Assembly: GCA_035543335.1 (NCBI GenBank)
Contig: DASZZH010000036.1
Span: 10,528 to 74,527, forward strand
From: Burkholderiales bacterium
Lineage (GTDB): Bacteria; Pseudomonadota; Gammaproteobacteria; Burkholderiales; JAHFRG01
Direction: 5' to 3'
DNA: 64,000 nucleotides
Part shown: positions 26,597-35,835 of the stretch, piece after piece
How positions within the stretch are numbered: position 1 is the stretch's first letter
Layout of the letters: every line of letters starts with the position of its first letter
The notes under the pieces: model-generated
What the model was told of the DNA's origin: nothing
The model's database searches: none
What the model saw: only the letters and a program-made list of their open reading frames with translations
Made by a program: the position numbers and the translations under genes

Positions 26597-27283
26597 ATGA
26601 AGCATTATGCACTAATACCGGCGGCCGGCGGTGGAGCGCGCCTCGGTGGCGGCACGCCCAAACAGTATCTGTCCTTAAACGGCAGACCGATGCTTTACTA
26701 CTCGGTGAAGCGGCTTTGCGCGAATCCGCGGATCGCGCGCGTATATGTGGTTTTGGCGCCAAGCGACAATTGGTTTGCGCAATATGACTGGCGTGAGTTT
26801 TCAGGGAAGCTTAAACCCCTGCACTGCGGCGGCGAGACGCGCGCCGCCAGCGTGCTGAACGGCCTGACCGCCATGCAAAGCAATGTCGGTGCCGAAGATT
26901 GGGTGCTGGTGCACGACGCGGCGCGGCCCTGCTTGAGCGATATGCTGCTCAACAAGCTACTGGACGAAGTGGCTGAGGATGGTGTGGGCGGCTTGCTGGC
27001 GCTGCCGGTTGCCGATACGCTGAAACGTGCCGACGGCGCCTCCCGCGTGCTGCGCACCGAGCCGCGCGACGGCTTGTGGCAGGCGCAAACGCCACAGATG
27101 TTCCGCCACGCGACGCTCACCCGCGCGTTGCAGGCGATGCAAAACATGGAGGTCACCGATGAAGCGCGCGCCATGGAAGGCCTGGGTCTGCAGCCCAAGC
27201 TGGTGGTGAGCGATGCGCGCAACCTGAAGGTGACTTATCCGCAGGACGTAGAACTGGCGCAAATCATATTAAGGAACCTCTGA
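26597..27283 (+). CDS. ispD: 2-C-methyl-D-erythritol 4-phosphate cytidylyltransferase
   Basis: ALIPAAGGGARLGGGTPKQYL...VLVHDAARPC.... The stop TGA (27281-27283) lies inside the left terminus of the adjacent MITE. Confidence 0.95.
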   Translation: MKHYALIPAAGGGARLGGGTPKQYLSLNGRPMLYYSVKRLCANPRIARVYVVLAPSDNWFAQYDWREFSGKLKPLHCGGETRAASVLNGLTAMQSNVGAEDWVLVHDAARPCLSDMLLNKLLDEVAEDGVGGLLALPVADTLKRADGASRVLRTEPRDGLWQAQTPQMFRHATLTRALQAMQNMEVTDEARAMEGLGLQPKLVVSDARNLKVTYPQDVELAQIILRNL

Positions 27284-27547
27284 TTAAGTCGCACGAGGAT
27301 TGCGTTGCTGGCAAAATGCGGATGGATGCTAGGCGCGCGACGAAGGTCGTAGTTGAGCCTACGAAGCCGAGGAGCGCAACAACGCAGACGCTGCAGTTTG
27401 CCGCAACCCGGAGGGACGGGGCTTTCCGGGCGGTCTGCTTTGTCGCTCGGCTTGTGAAGGGGGGTCAACCATTCACTGCGCCTCGCTTCGCGCATCCCAT
27501 CCCGGAAAGCCGCCGTCGCAACCGCGTGGGATTTAATCAGAGGTTCC
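27273..27547. mobile_element. MITE-like palindromic element, copy A (275 bp)
   Basis: Terminal inverted repeats GGAACCTCTGATTAA (27273-27287) and TTAATCAGAGGTTCC (27533-27547). The interior is GC-rich and largely self-complementary, has no credible ORF, and is related to the copies at 38.3 kb and 48.0 kb. Confidence 0.8.
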
Positions 27548-27562
27548 AACAACGGAGAGCAC

Positions 27563-28063
27563 ATGAGAGTCGGACAGGGATATGACATTCACGCATTGAT
27601 CGAAGGCCGCAAGCTGATTATCGGCGGCGTTGAGATTCCTTATAAGAAAGGTCTCGCCGGGCACTCCGATGCGGATGTGCTGCTGCACGCGATCTGCGAC
27701 GCGTTAATCGGCGCAGCGGCCCTGGGCGACATCGGCACCCATTTCCCCGACACCGATCCGCGCTACAAAGACATCGACAGCCGCAGGCTCCTGCGCGAAG
27801 TGGGAAAGCTTGTCACGCAACACGGCTGGCGCATCATCAACATCGACGCCACCCTCATCGCCGAGGCGCCGAAGATGGCGCCGCATATTCCAGCGATGGT
27901 GAAGAACATTGCGCAGGATCTCGCCCTTGACCTCAAGGATGTGAATGTCAAGGCCAAGACCAACGAGAAGATGGGCTACATCGGGCGCGGCGAAGGCATT
28001 GTGGCTGAGGCGGTGGCATGTATTAAATGTCTCAAATCGGAAAGCAAGGGACCGAAGACGTAA
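27563..28063 (+). CDS. ispF: 2-C-methyl-D-erythritol 2,4-cyclodiphosphate synthase
   Basis: [12 protein letters not shown]...[31 protein letters not shown]. Confidence 0.96.
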   Translation: MRVGQGYDIHALIEGRKLIIGGVEIPYKKGLAGHSDADVLLHAICDALIGAAALGDIGTHFPDTDPRYKDIDSRRLLREVGKLVTQHGWRIINIDATLIAEAPKMAPHIPAMVKNIAQDLALDLKDVNVKAKTNEKMGYIGRGEGIVAEAVACIKCLKSESKGPKT

Positions 28064-28581
28064 CCACCGCACGCGTCTTTTTCGGGCTGTGGCCGGATGA
28101 TGCAGTGCGCGGGGCGTTCAGTGAGTGGGCGAGACTCCTCGGCAAAAGCAGTCGCGGGCGCCTCACCCGGCCCGGCTATCTGCACCTGACTTTGGTGTTT
28201 CTCGGCAATATCCCCTTATCCCGCCTCGATGAATTGAAGTCGCTCGCTGCAAATGTTTCAGGGAAGTCTTTTCAGCTTGATTTTACCTCTCCTGGTTATT
28301 GGCGCCACAACCGCATCGTCTGGGCCGCACCGATTGAAATCCCGCGGCCGCTAAGCGAGCTGGCCAAAGCGCTGGAAACGGCAAGCAAAGCAGCGGGTTT
28401 TGGTTTCGACGCACGGCCTTATATTCCGCATGTGACCTTGTTGCGTGACGTGCGCCGCGAACCCGATGTAAGTTTGCTGAAAGAAATAAACTGGCAGGTC
28501 AACGCGTTTGTTCTGGTTCGCTCAAAACCGGGTGAGGCGGGAACGGGATATGAAGTCATCGGCCGCTGGCCGTTTGCCTGA
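28027..28581 (+). CDS. thpR: RNA 2',3'-cyclic phosphodiesterase ThpR (LigT/2H family)
   Basis: Two HxT/SxL motifs (HLTLVFLG and HVTLLR). The only in-frame ATG gives a 37-nt overlap with ispF, so the exact start is uncertain. Confidence 0.8.
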   Translation: MSQIGKQGTEDVTTARVFFGLWPDDAVRGAFSEWARLLGKSSRGRLTRPGYLHLTLVFLGNIPLSRLDELKSLAANVSGKSFQLDFTSPGYWRHNRIVWAAPIEIPRPLSELAKALETASKAAGFGFDARPYIPHVTLLRDVRREPDVSLLKEINWQVNAFVLVRSKPGEAGTGYEVIGRWPFA

Positions 28582-28815
28582 TGGTTTCCGTGTCAACGGC
28601 AGGTGTGCGACGGCGTTAATTCCTGGGGCCTTTACGCCACTGCCGTAGAGAACTGGTGGGAAGTAGACGCGAAACCCGCCCCGGCGGCAGATTTGGCGCG
28701 CTGAACGTGTTGTGGGAGTAAGGCGCGCTGGAAACGGCGCTGTAACAATTATGAAAACTTGGGTCTGGGCGAGGAATAGGCGGCTCAAAAAAATTGAAAA
28801 TTTTTTCAAAAAGTG

Positions 28816-28844
28816 TTGACAATCGAAATGAATTGGAAAATACT
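28816..28844 (+). promoter_or_regulatory. sigma-70-like promoter candidate for the porin leader
   Basis: TTGACA (28816-28821), 17 nt, AATACT (28839-28844). Immediately preceded by the AT palindrome TTGAAAAttTTTTCAA (28794-28809). Confidence 0.35.
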
Positions 28845-29139
28845 TCGCGCCATCTCATTGCATGGAGATTAATTCATGGGTAGTTGCCCTAGTCCAACCA
28901 AGAAAAGTAGGCGAGGCTGACCCGCAGGTACTATCCAGCTCCATTTCCCCTGCCACTGTCTCGCCCACCTGACGAGGCAGTGTGCTCATAGTGAAGTTCA
29001 TGCCGTGCTCCGCACGGCGCCCAACTTAAGCGCGCTTTTTATCGAACTTAGTAGTCGCCTGGTTAGCGGCTACACGGCCCAACGCAGACGTTCGTTCCGT
29101 CGCGTTAGACTGCGCATGATCATGGAAAGGTAAAAAAAG

Positions 29140-30486
29140 ATGAGAAAAACCGCCGAGCAATACCTTTACGTCGCGCTTTCGGCAGCAATCACCCTCACCA
29201 TGGTCGAGGTGGCCAATGCGCATGCGGAAGGCCCAGAGCTCCCGCAGTTCCTCGGCGCACAATACACGCTGATTGCCCAGCATCTCTTCCCCTTTGAGGG
29301 AGGCGGATTCTCAGGACCCAACAGTTTGCGTGATGATGGCGACACACAAAAAACCCAGACCTTTGGTCTGTATTCCGGCATGAAGGTCTGGGACCAGCTG
29401 CAGGCCTATTTCGATCTCGAGCTCTTCAAGGGTGCGGGGGTCAGTAATTCGACAGGGCTGGGTGGGTTAACTAACGGTGACGTCGTTCGCCAAGGCTCAT
29501 TCAATATCGGCAAAAGACCGTACATTGCCCGGGCTTACTTGCGTTACTTTTGGTCTATGGATGATGAAACCATTGACGTTGTTCGAGGCGTAGACCAATT
29601 GCCCGGCACCGAGCCGTCGAACAGGATCGAGATTAAGCTTGGCAAGTTCGCAGCTAATGATGACTTCGACCGCAACCGCTATGCTAATTCAACTCGTACC
29701 CAGTTCCAGAACTGGAGCCTGTGGAACAACACCGCCTGGGATTTTGCCGCCGACACGCGAGGCTACACCAATGGAATTATGGCGGGATATGTTTCACCCA
29801 AGTGGGCGCTGAAGCTCGGCATTTTTCAGATGCCCACCATCGCGAACGGGCCGGATCTTGATCTGCCATTAACCAAGTCTCGTGGCGAGAATCTGGAACT
29901 CACCTTGCAGCCCAATCACTACGGAACCGTGGTGCGGCTCCTTGTTTACCGCAACGTTGCCAATATGGGGATTTACCGCGACGCCATCGCGATTGGCCTC
30001 GCGCAAAGCACCGTACCTGACATCGCCGCGGACGACCAGCCTGGGCGCAAGAAATACGGATTGGGCTTAAACCTAGAACAGCCGTTAGCCGACGGTGGGG
30101 AAACCGGCTTGTTCGCCCGATTGGGCTGGAACGACGGTAAGACCGAAACCTTTGCCTTCACCGAGGTGGATCGTACGGTGACGTTCGGGGCACAGGTGGC
30201 GGGCAATCACTGGGGGCGCACCGAGGATCGATTGGGTATCGCGTTGGTGGTGAATGGGCTGTCCGCCGATCATCGAGACTACCTCGCCGCTGGCGGCAGT
30301 GGCTTTGTGCTTGGGGATGGTCGTCTAAACTATGGCTATGAGCAAATTATGGAAGCGTACTATCTCCTGCAGCTTGGCCGTTTTGTGCAATTTAGCCCGG
30401 ATTTTCAATATATCCAGAATCCGGGATACAACCGCGACCGCGGGCCGGCAAAAGTCATTGCCTTGCGGCTGCGGCTCAGTTATTAG
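29140..30486 (+). CDS. OprB-family (carbohydrate-selective-type) outer-membrane porin
   Basis: Signal peptide ending ANAHA, then a beta-barrel-like alternating pattern. C-terminal FSPDFQYIQNPGYNRDRGPAKVIALRLRLSY is typical of OprB-family barrels. Confidence 0.8.
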   Translation: MRKTAEQYLYVALSAAITLTMVEVANAHAEGPELPQFLGAQYTLIAQHLFPFEGGGFSGPNSLRDDGDTQKTQTFGLYSGMKVWDQLQAYFDLELFKGAGVSNSTGLGGLTNGDVVRQGSFNIGKRPYIARAYLRYFWSMDDETIDVVRGVDQLPGTEPSNRIEIKLGKFAANDDFDRNRYANSTRTQFQNWSLWNNTAWDFAADTRGYTNGIMAGYVSPKWALKLGIFQMPTIANGPDLDLPLTKSRGENLELTLQPNHYGTVVRLLVYRNVANMGIYRDAIAIGLAQSTVPDIAADDQPGRKKYGLGLNLEQPLADGGETGLFARLGWNDGKTETFAFTEVDRTVTFGAQVAGNHWGRTEDRLGIALVVNGLSADHRDYLAAGGSGFVLGDGRLNYGYEQIMEAYYLLQLGRFVQFSPDFQYIQNPGYNRDRGPAKVIALRLRLSY

Positions 30487-30660
30487 CGCTGCCTGGGCTG
30501 CAAATAATTGGCCGTCAGGAAAAATAAGCTTTAAAATTGCACCCGCCATGCCCGGTCCGCAAAAATTTTTTGCCAGCTCGTCTTTATGAAAGCAGCGTAA
30601 CCTTACTGTCATGGAAGTCTAAATTACAGCCGGTAACCTGACCCTTTGCCCGGGAAGAAC

Positions 30661-31944
30661 ATGAACAATAACGAAACGGCGCTGCAGCCACAGAAGAAAC
30701 CGCTTTTACAGAGACTCGGTCCCGGGCTCATCACCGGCGCGGCGGACGACGATCCCAGCGGCATCGCCACCTATTCACAGGTCGGTGCCCAATTCGGCCA
30801 CAGCATGCTGTGGAGCGTGTTTTTCACGCTACCGCTGATGGTGGGCATTCAAATAGTCAGCGCCCGCATCGGGCGCGTTACCGGGCACGGCCTCGCTGCC
30901 AACATCCGCCAGCATTTCCCGCCATGGCTGCTTTACGGCCTGGTAGGCCTGCTCCTAGTCGCCAACACCATCAATATCGCGGCCGATATGGGCGCGATGG
31001 GCGCCGCGCTCAAGCTTTTGATAGGCGGGCATGAGCATTTGTACATCGTGCTGTTTGCGCTGATTTCGCTGGCACTGCAGATTTTCATTCCGTTCCCGCG
31101 CTATGCTCCGATATTAAAAGGCCTGACGCTGGTCTTGTTCGCTTATGTGGGCACCGTGTTTGTGGTTCATATCTCCTGGGGCGAAGTTTTTTATCGTACC
31201 TTCGTGCCCTCGGTTTCTCTGAGTGCGAACTACATCACCGGCGTTCTGGCGGTGTTCGGCACCACCATCAGCCCTTACCTGTTTTTCTGGCAGGCTTCGC
31301 AAGAAGTGGAGGAGCAGCGCGCTGCGCCGGGCGAGGAGCCGTTGAGAGAGGCGCCGGAACAGGCGGTCGAGCATCTGCAACGGATCAAATTCGACACTTA
31401 CGTCGGCATGACTTATTCGAACCTGATCGCTTTCTTCATTATCCTTACCACCGCCGTAACCTTGCACCTCCACGGCGTTACCGATATCCAGACTTCCGCG
31501 CAGGCGGCGGGGGCGTTGCGCCCGATTGCCGGCGAATTTGCTTTCTTGCTCTTCAGCCTTGGAATTATCGGCACCGGGTTGCTAGCGGTCCCGGTACTGG
31601 CGGGATCGGCGGCTTACGCCGTCGCGGAAGCCTTCAAATGGCCTATTGGCTTGGGGCTCAGGCTGCTGGAGGCGAGGGGTTTTTATGGAATCCTTACGGT
31701 GGCGACGCTTCTGGGCGTGGGATTTAATTTCACCTCCATCGACCCGATCAAGGCCCTGATCTGGAGCGCGGTAATCAACGGCTTGATTGCGGTACCCATC
31801 ATGGTGGTGATGATGCTGATGGCAATGCAGCCGAGAATCATGGGGCAATTCGTCATTACCCGTTGGCTTAAAATTCTCGGCTGGCTCGCTACCCTGGTGA
31901 TGATCGTTACGGCATTAGCGTTCTTTGTCACGCTCGCTAAATAA
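30661..31944 (+). CDS. NRAMP-family transporter with non-canonical metal-site residues
   Basis: LGPGLITGAADDDPSGIATYSQVGAQFGHSMLW aligns to MntH TM1 (..IDPGNFATN..GASFGYQLLW). FGTTISPYLFFW aligns to TM6 (GATIMPHVIYLH). Start at ATG 30661 after GGGAAG. Confidence 0.85.
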   Translation: MNNNETALQPQKKPLLQRLGPGLITGAADDDPSGIATYSQVGAQFGHSMLWSVFFTLPLMVGIQIVSARIGRVTGHGLAANIRQHFPPWLLYGLVGLLLVANTINIAADMGAMGAALKLLIGGHEHLYIVLFALISLALQIFIPFPRYAPILKGLTLVLFAYVGTVFVVHISWGEVFYRTFVPSVSLSANYITGVLAVFGTTISPYLFFWQASQEVEEQRAAPGEEPLREAPEQAVEHLQRIKFDTYVGMTYSNLIAFFIILTTAVTLHLHGVTDIQTSAQAAGALRPIAGEFAFLLFSLGIIGTGLLAVPVLAGSAAYAVAEAFKWPIGLGLRLLEARGFYGILTVATLLGVGFNFTSIDPIKALIWSAVINGLIAVPIMVVMMLMAMQPRIMGQFVITRWLKILGWLATLVMIVTALAFFVTLAK

Positions 31945-32023
31945 GCCGCGCGCTTGGGATTCCCTGACGTCCGGGGTGTGAGGACATGGCGAATTTGCGT
32001 GTAAAATGACGTAACAAAGCGTC

Positions 32024-32695
32024 ATGAATATTCTTGCGCTCGACACCTCCGGCGATTATTGCTCGCTTGCCCTGTGGCTGAATGGCGAAGTGGTGTCGCG
32101 CGAGGAGCGGGCCGAGCAAAATCATTCCGAAGTATTGCTGCCGCTGCTGGATGCGTTCCTGCACGAGAATCGCGTTTCGCTGGACCAGCTTCACGGCATC
32201 GCTTTTGGCGCCGGGCCGGGATCTTTTACCGGCCTGCGCATCGCCTGCGGAGTAGCGCAGGGGCTGGCGTTTGCAAAGGACTTGCCGGTGGCGGGGATCT
32301 GCACACTGAAAGCGCTGGCTGAAGCCATGCCGGGTGAAAAAATCATTGCCTGTCTGGACGCGCGCATGGGCGAAATCTACCACGCCGCGTACGAAAAGAG
32401 TGGCAATTCCTGGCGGGCGGCGAGCGAACCGGGCCTGTGCAGGCCGGAACAGGCACCACTGGTCTCGGGCGATGGCTGGATTGGTTGCGGCAGCGGTTTC
32501 GCGGTTTATGGAGAAAAGCTGCGGCAGCGCTATCACGGGCGTTTAACTCAAGTTGTGGCGGATGCCGTGCCGCGCGCAAGGGAAATGGCGCGGCTCGCGG
32601 TTTCAGTGCTTGAACGGGGCGAGGGCTGCAAGGCGGAAGAAGCCGCGCCTCTTTATTTGCGCAACAAAGTGGCGTTGAAGACTTTCGAGCGATGA
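32024..32695 (+). CDS. tsaB: tRNA t6A37 biosynthesis protein TsaB
   Basis: MNILALDTSGDYCSLAL...AFGAGPGSFTGLRIACGVAQGLAF. Confidence 0.93.
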   Translation: MNILALDTSGDYCSLALWLNGEVVSREERAEQNHSEVLLPLLDAFLHENRVSLDQLHGIAFGAGPGSFTGLRIACGVAQGLAFAKDLPVAGICTLKALAEAMPGEKIIACLDARMGEIYHAAYEKSGNSWRAASEPGLCRPEQAPLVSGDGWIGCGSGFAVYGEKLRQRYHGRLTQVVADAVPRAREMARLAVSVLERGEGCKAEEAAPLYLRNKVALKTFER

Positions 32696-33153
32696 GCGCG
32701 CAACTGAAAGAGGTGCCGCAGCTGCGGCCGATGCGGAGCGCCGACCTCGACGCGGTGATGCGCATCGAGGGGAAAATCTATTCCCACCCCTGGACCCGCG
32801 GCAATTTTCAGGATTCGCTGAGCGCCGGCTACAGCTGCTGGATTTGCGAGCTGGCGGAACACATCATCGGCTATGCGGTGATGATGGTGGCGGCGGAAGA
32901 AGCGCATCTCCTCAACTTGAGTGTTGCCGCGGAGTGGCAGCGCCTGGGTTGGGGCAAAAAATTCATGAAACACCTCGTCGGCGTCGCGCGCTATTATCAT
33001 GCCAAAGCGCTGTTATTGGAAGTCCGCCCCTCCAATGCCGCAGGGCTCAAGCTTTACCAAAGTTACGGCTTCAGGCAAATCGCGCTGCGTTGCGGTTATT
33101 ATCCCGCTTCTAATGGACGCGAGGACGCGGTGCTGCTGGAGTTCAAGCTGTGA
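32692..33153 (+). CDS. rimI: ribosomal-protein-alanine N-acetyltransferase
   Basis: GNAT fold with [23 protein letters not shown] and [19 protein letters not shown]. 4-nt overlap with tsaB. Confidence 0.9.
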   Translation: MSAQLKEVPQLRPMRSADLDAVMRIEGKIYSHPWTRGNFQDSLSAGYSCWICELAEHIIGYAVMMVAAEEAHLLNLSVAAEWQRLGWGKKFMKHLVGVARYYHAKALLLEVRPSNAAGLKLYQSYGFRQIALRCGYYPASNGREDAVLLEFKL

Positions 33154-33827
33154 GCGGGCGGCGCGAGGAAATCCTGAAAGAGCTGGGCCTGTGGCCGCAG
33201 TGGCGGCTCCGCGACGCGAATGAAACCAACTGCGCAGCGGGTGCCACGGATGACCGCCGCGCGCGGATTTTGCAAATGGATTGGCAGGAACTTAAAGCTT
33301 GTGTTGCCGTTTGCAAAGATTGCCCCTTGCATGAAAAGCGCACGCAGACTGTCTTCGGCGTCGGCGATGAAAATGCCGACTGGCTGTTCATAGGCGAAGG
33401 GCCGGGAGCGGAAGAAGACGCCAAAGGCGAGCCGTTTGTCGGCCAGGCGGGGAAACTACTCGACAGTATGCTGGCGGCGATCGGCCTGAGACGCGGCGAC
33501 AATGTGTACATCGCCAACGTCGTGAAATGCCGCCCGCCGGGAAACCGCAATCCGGAGCCGCATGAAGCGCAACAATGCGAGCCTTATCTCGAGCGGCAGA
33601 TCGCCTTGATCGAGCCCAAGCTGATTGTGGCTCTGGGCAAAGTCGCGGTACAAAATCTGCTGAAAACGGACGCCACCATTTCCAGCTTGCGCGGGCGTTT
33701 GCACAGTTGCCGTGACATCCCGCTCATCGTGACCTATCATCCTGCGTATCTGCTGCGCAATCTGCCCGACAAGGCCAAGGCCTGGGCCGATTTGTGCTTT
33801 GCCCGCAAGACCATGCGGGAGTTGTAA
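33150..33827 (+). CDS. family 4 uracil-DNA glycosylase
   Basis: [49 protein letters not shown]...[11 protein letters not shown]...HPAYLLR. GTGA overlap with rimI. Confidence 0.9.
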   Translation: MSGRREEILKELGLWPQWRLRDANETNCAAGATDDRRARILQMDWQELKACVAVCKDCPLHEKRTQTVFGVGDENADWLFIGEGPGAEEDAKGEPFVGQAGKLLDSMLAAIGLRRGDNVYIANVVKCRPPGNRNPEPHEAQQCEPYLERQIALIEPKLIVALGKVAVQNLLKTDATISSLRGRLHSCRDIPLIVTYHPAYLLRNLPDKAKAWADLCFARKTMREL

Positions 33828-33883
33828 TCGCCGATTTTGCCCCCATTTAGGGAGCAGAGCTTTATCCCAAACAGGAGATCTCC

Positions 33884-34495
33884 ATGCGCAAATTACTGGT
33901 TTACCTGTTCTTGGTCTTTGCTGCCCTGGCTTTAAGCGGCTGCGGCTACAATACCTTACAGTCCACCGACGAGCAGATCAAGGCAAGCTGGGCGGAAGTG
34001 CTCAACCAGTATCAACGGCGCGCCGATCTTGTGCCCAATCTGGTGAATACGGTGAAGGGTTACGCGCAGCAGGAAAAAGACGTGCTGCTCGGCGTGACCG
34101 CAGCGCGTTCCAAAGTGGGTGCGATTCAGGCGACGCCCGAACTCATCAACGATCCCCAGGCATTCGCCAAATTCCAGCAGGCGCAGGGCGAACTCACTTC
34201 TGCGCTGTCGCGGCTTTTGGTGGTGGCGGAAAATTATCCTCAGCTCAAGTCCGACGCCAATTTCCGCGATCTTCAAGCACAGCTTGAAGGCACGGAAAAC
34301 CGCACCACCGTCGCGCGCAACCGCTACATCAAGGCAGTGCAGGAATACAACGTCACGGTGCGATCGTTTCCCAGCAATCTGACCGCGATGCTGTTCGGCT
34401 TCCAGCTCAAGCCCACGTTTACCGTCGAAAACGAAAAGGAAATCGCCAAGCCGCCCAAGGTTGATTTTACTTCCCCCCCGCCAGCCGCTAAATGA
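33884..34495 (+). CDS. lemA: LemA-family protein (lipoprotein-like signal LSGCGY)
   Basis: WAEVLNQYQRRADLVPNLVNTVKGYAQQEKDVL...ENYPQLKSDANFRDLQAQLEGTENR..ARNRYIKAVQEYN. Confidence 0.9.
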   Translation: MRKLLVYLFLVFAALALSGCGYNTLQSTDEQIKASWAEVLNQYQRRADLVPNLVNTVKGYAQQEKDVLLGVTAARSKVGAIQATPELINDPQAFAKFQQAQGELTSALSRLLVVAENYPQLKSDANFRDLQAQLEGTENRTTVARNRYIKAVQEYNVTVRSFPSNLTAMLFGFQLKPTFTVENEKEIAKPPKVDFTSPPPAAK

Positions 34496-35328
34496 TCCAG
34501 GCGCGGCTGGTATTGTTATTGATGCTGTGCCTCGGCGCGGGGCTCGCCCGCGCCGAGGTGGCGATTCCGCCGCTCCAGGCGCGCGTCACCGACCTCACCC
34601 ACACTCTCTCGGGCGGGGAAATCCGGCAGCTGGAAGAGAAGCTCGCCGCCTTTGAAGCCAAAAAAGGCAGCCAGATTGCGGTTCTCGTCGTTCCCACCAC
34701 GCAGCCTGAAGCCATAGAGCAATACGCTATCCGCGTGGCGGAGGCATGGAAGCTGGGACGCAAAGGAATAGATGACGGCGCGCTGCTGCTCGTGGCAAAA
34801 CAAGACCGCACCTTGCGCATCGAGGTGGGTTACGGCCTCGAAGGCGCGCTTAACGATGCCACCGCCAAGCGCATTGTCAGTGAAATCATCGTGCCCTATT
34901 TCAAGCGCGGCGATTTCTACGGCGGCATCAACGCCGGAATTTCACGGATGGTGGCGGTGATTGAAGGCGAGCCGCTGCCTCAACCCAAACGTTCTTCATC
35001 TTCATCCGGTTTCGGCAATATCGAATCGCTGTTGTTTATCGGCTTTGTGCTGGTGATTGCGGTGGGAGGGATGCTGCGCGCGTTGTTCGGGCGTTTTGCC
35101 GCCGCGACCAGCATTGGAACGGTTGTGGGATTTCTCGCCTGGCTGATAATCGCGCCATTGGTCGTTGCCATTATCATCGGCATTATTGGTTTTGTGTTTA
35201 CATTATTGGGTGGTAGCCGCGGTTGGTACGGCGGACCGGGTGGTTACAGCGGCGGCGGTTTCGGAGGCGGCGGTTTCAGCGGTGGCGGGGGTGGCTTTGG
35301 CGGCGGCGGCGCTTCCGGCAGTTGGTGA
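34492..35328 (+). CDS. TPM-domain (YgcG-like) membrane protein with Gly-rich tail
   Basis: Signal peptide, TPM core VTDLTHTLSGGEIRQLEEKLAAFEAKKGSQIAVLVV...RIEVGYGLEGALND, TM segments, and a tail of GG(F/Y)SGGG repeats. Confidence 0.85.
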   Translation: MIQARLVLLLMLCLGAGLARAEVAIPPLQARVTDLTHTLSGGEIRQLEEKLAAFEAKKGSQIAVLVVPTTQPEAIEQYAIRVAEAWKLGRKGIDDGALLLVAKQDRTLRIEVGYGLEGALNDATAKRIVSEIIVPYFKRGDFYGGINAGISRMVAVIEGEPLPQPKRSSSSSGFGNIESLLFIGFVLVIAVGGMLRALFGRFAAATSIGTVVGFLAWLIIAPLVVAIIIGIIGFVFTLLGGSRGWYGGPGGYSGGGFGGGGFSGGGGGFGGGGASGSW

Positions 35329-35330
35329 CC

Positions 35331-35828
35331 ATGAATTTAAAACGTATCTTCAAACATCTTGTCATCGGGCACTTCGCGGTCAGGCGGGCGTTTCCACCGC
35401 GCGCGCTGCGGGCCATCGAGCAGGCGATTCGCGATTGTGAAGCCGCTCATCGAGGACAAATCCGCTTCACGGTCGAATCCGCGCTGGATATTGCGGAGCT
35501 GCTGCGCGGGGTGAGCGCCAGAGAGCGCGCCATCGAAGTATTTTCGCAGCTTCGGGTGTGGGACACCGAGCACAACAACGGCGTGTTGATTTATCTGCTG
35601 CTTGCCGACCGCGATGTGGAAATTGTCGCCGATCGCGGCGTTCATGCCAAGCTGGGAAATTCAGGCTGGGAAGAAATTTGCCGTACAATGGAGCAAGCCT
35701 TTCGGCAGCGGCGCTTTGAACAAGGAGTGATAGCCGGTATTAAAGCGGTGGGCGGCCACTTGCAACGGCATTACCCCTCGCAGCCGCCGCAACCCAATGA
35801 GCTGCCGGATAAACCGGTTATATTCTAG
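35331..35828 (+). CDS. TPM-domain protein (second member of the LemA-TPM-TPM triad)
   Basis: ORF trimmed to ATG 35331 (MNLKRIFKHL...). EAAHRGQIRFTVES...NNGVLIYLLLADRDVEIVADRG. Confidence 0.8.
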   Translation: MNLKRIFKHLVIGHFAVRRAFPPRALRAIEQAIRDCEAAHRGQIRFTVESALDIAELLRGVSARERAIEVFSQLRVWDTEHNNGVLIYLLLADRDVEIVADRGVHAKLGNSGWEEICRTMEQAFRQRRFEQGVIAGIKAVGGHLQRHYPSQPPQPNELPDKPVIF

Positions 35829-35835
35829 TTATATT

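Noticed and set aside
28616-28858. 80-aa minus-strand ORF in the thpR-porin spacer
   Set aside because: It is low-complexity with no start context, and it spans the AT-rich promoter/palindrome region. It is most likely spurious.
28940-28985. Possible cobalamin riboswitch, because of CCCCTGCCACTGT (a B12-box-like GCCACTG)
   Set aside because: The other conserved cobalamin-riboswitch blocks are not visible (GGGAA..GGTG.AA.TCC upstream, GCCAGGAGACCTGCC-type box). The downstream genes are not B12-related. It is kept only as an unclassified structured leader.
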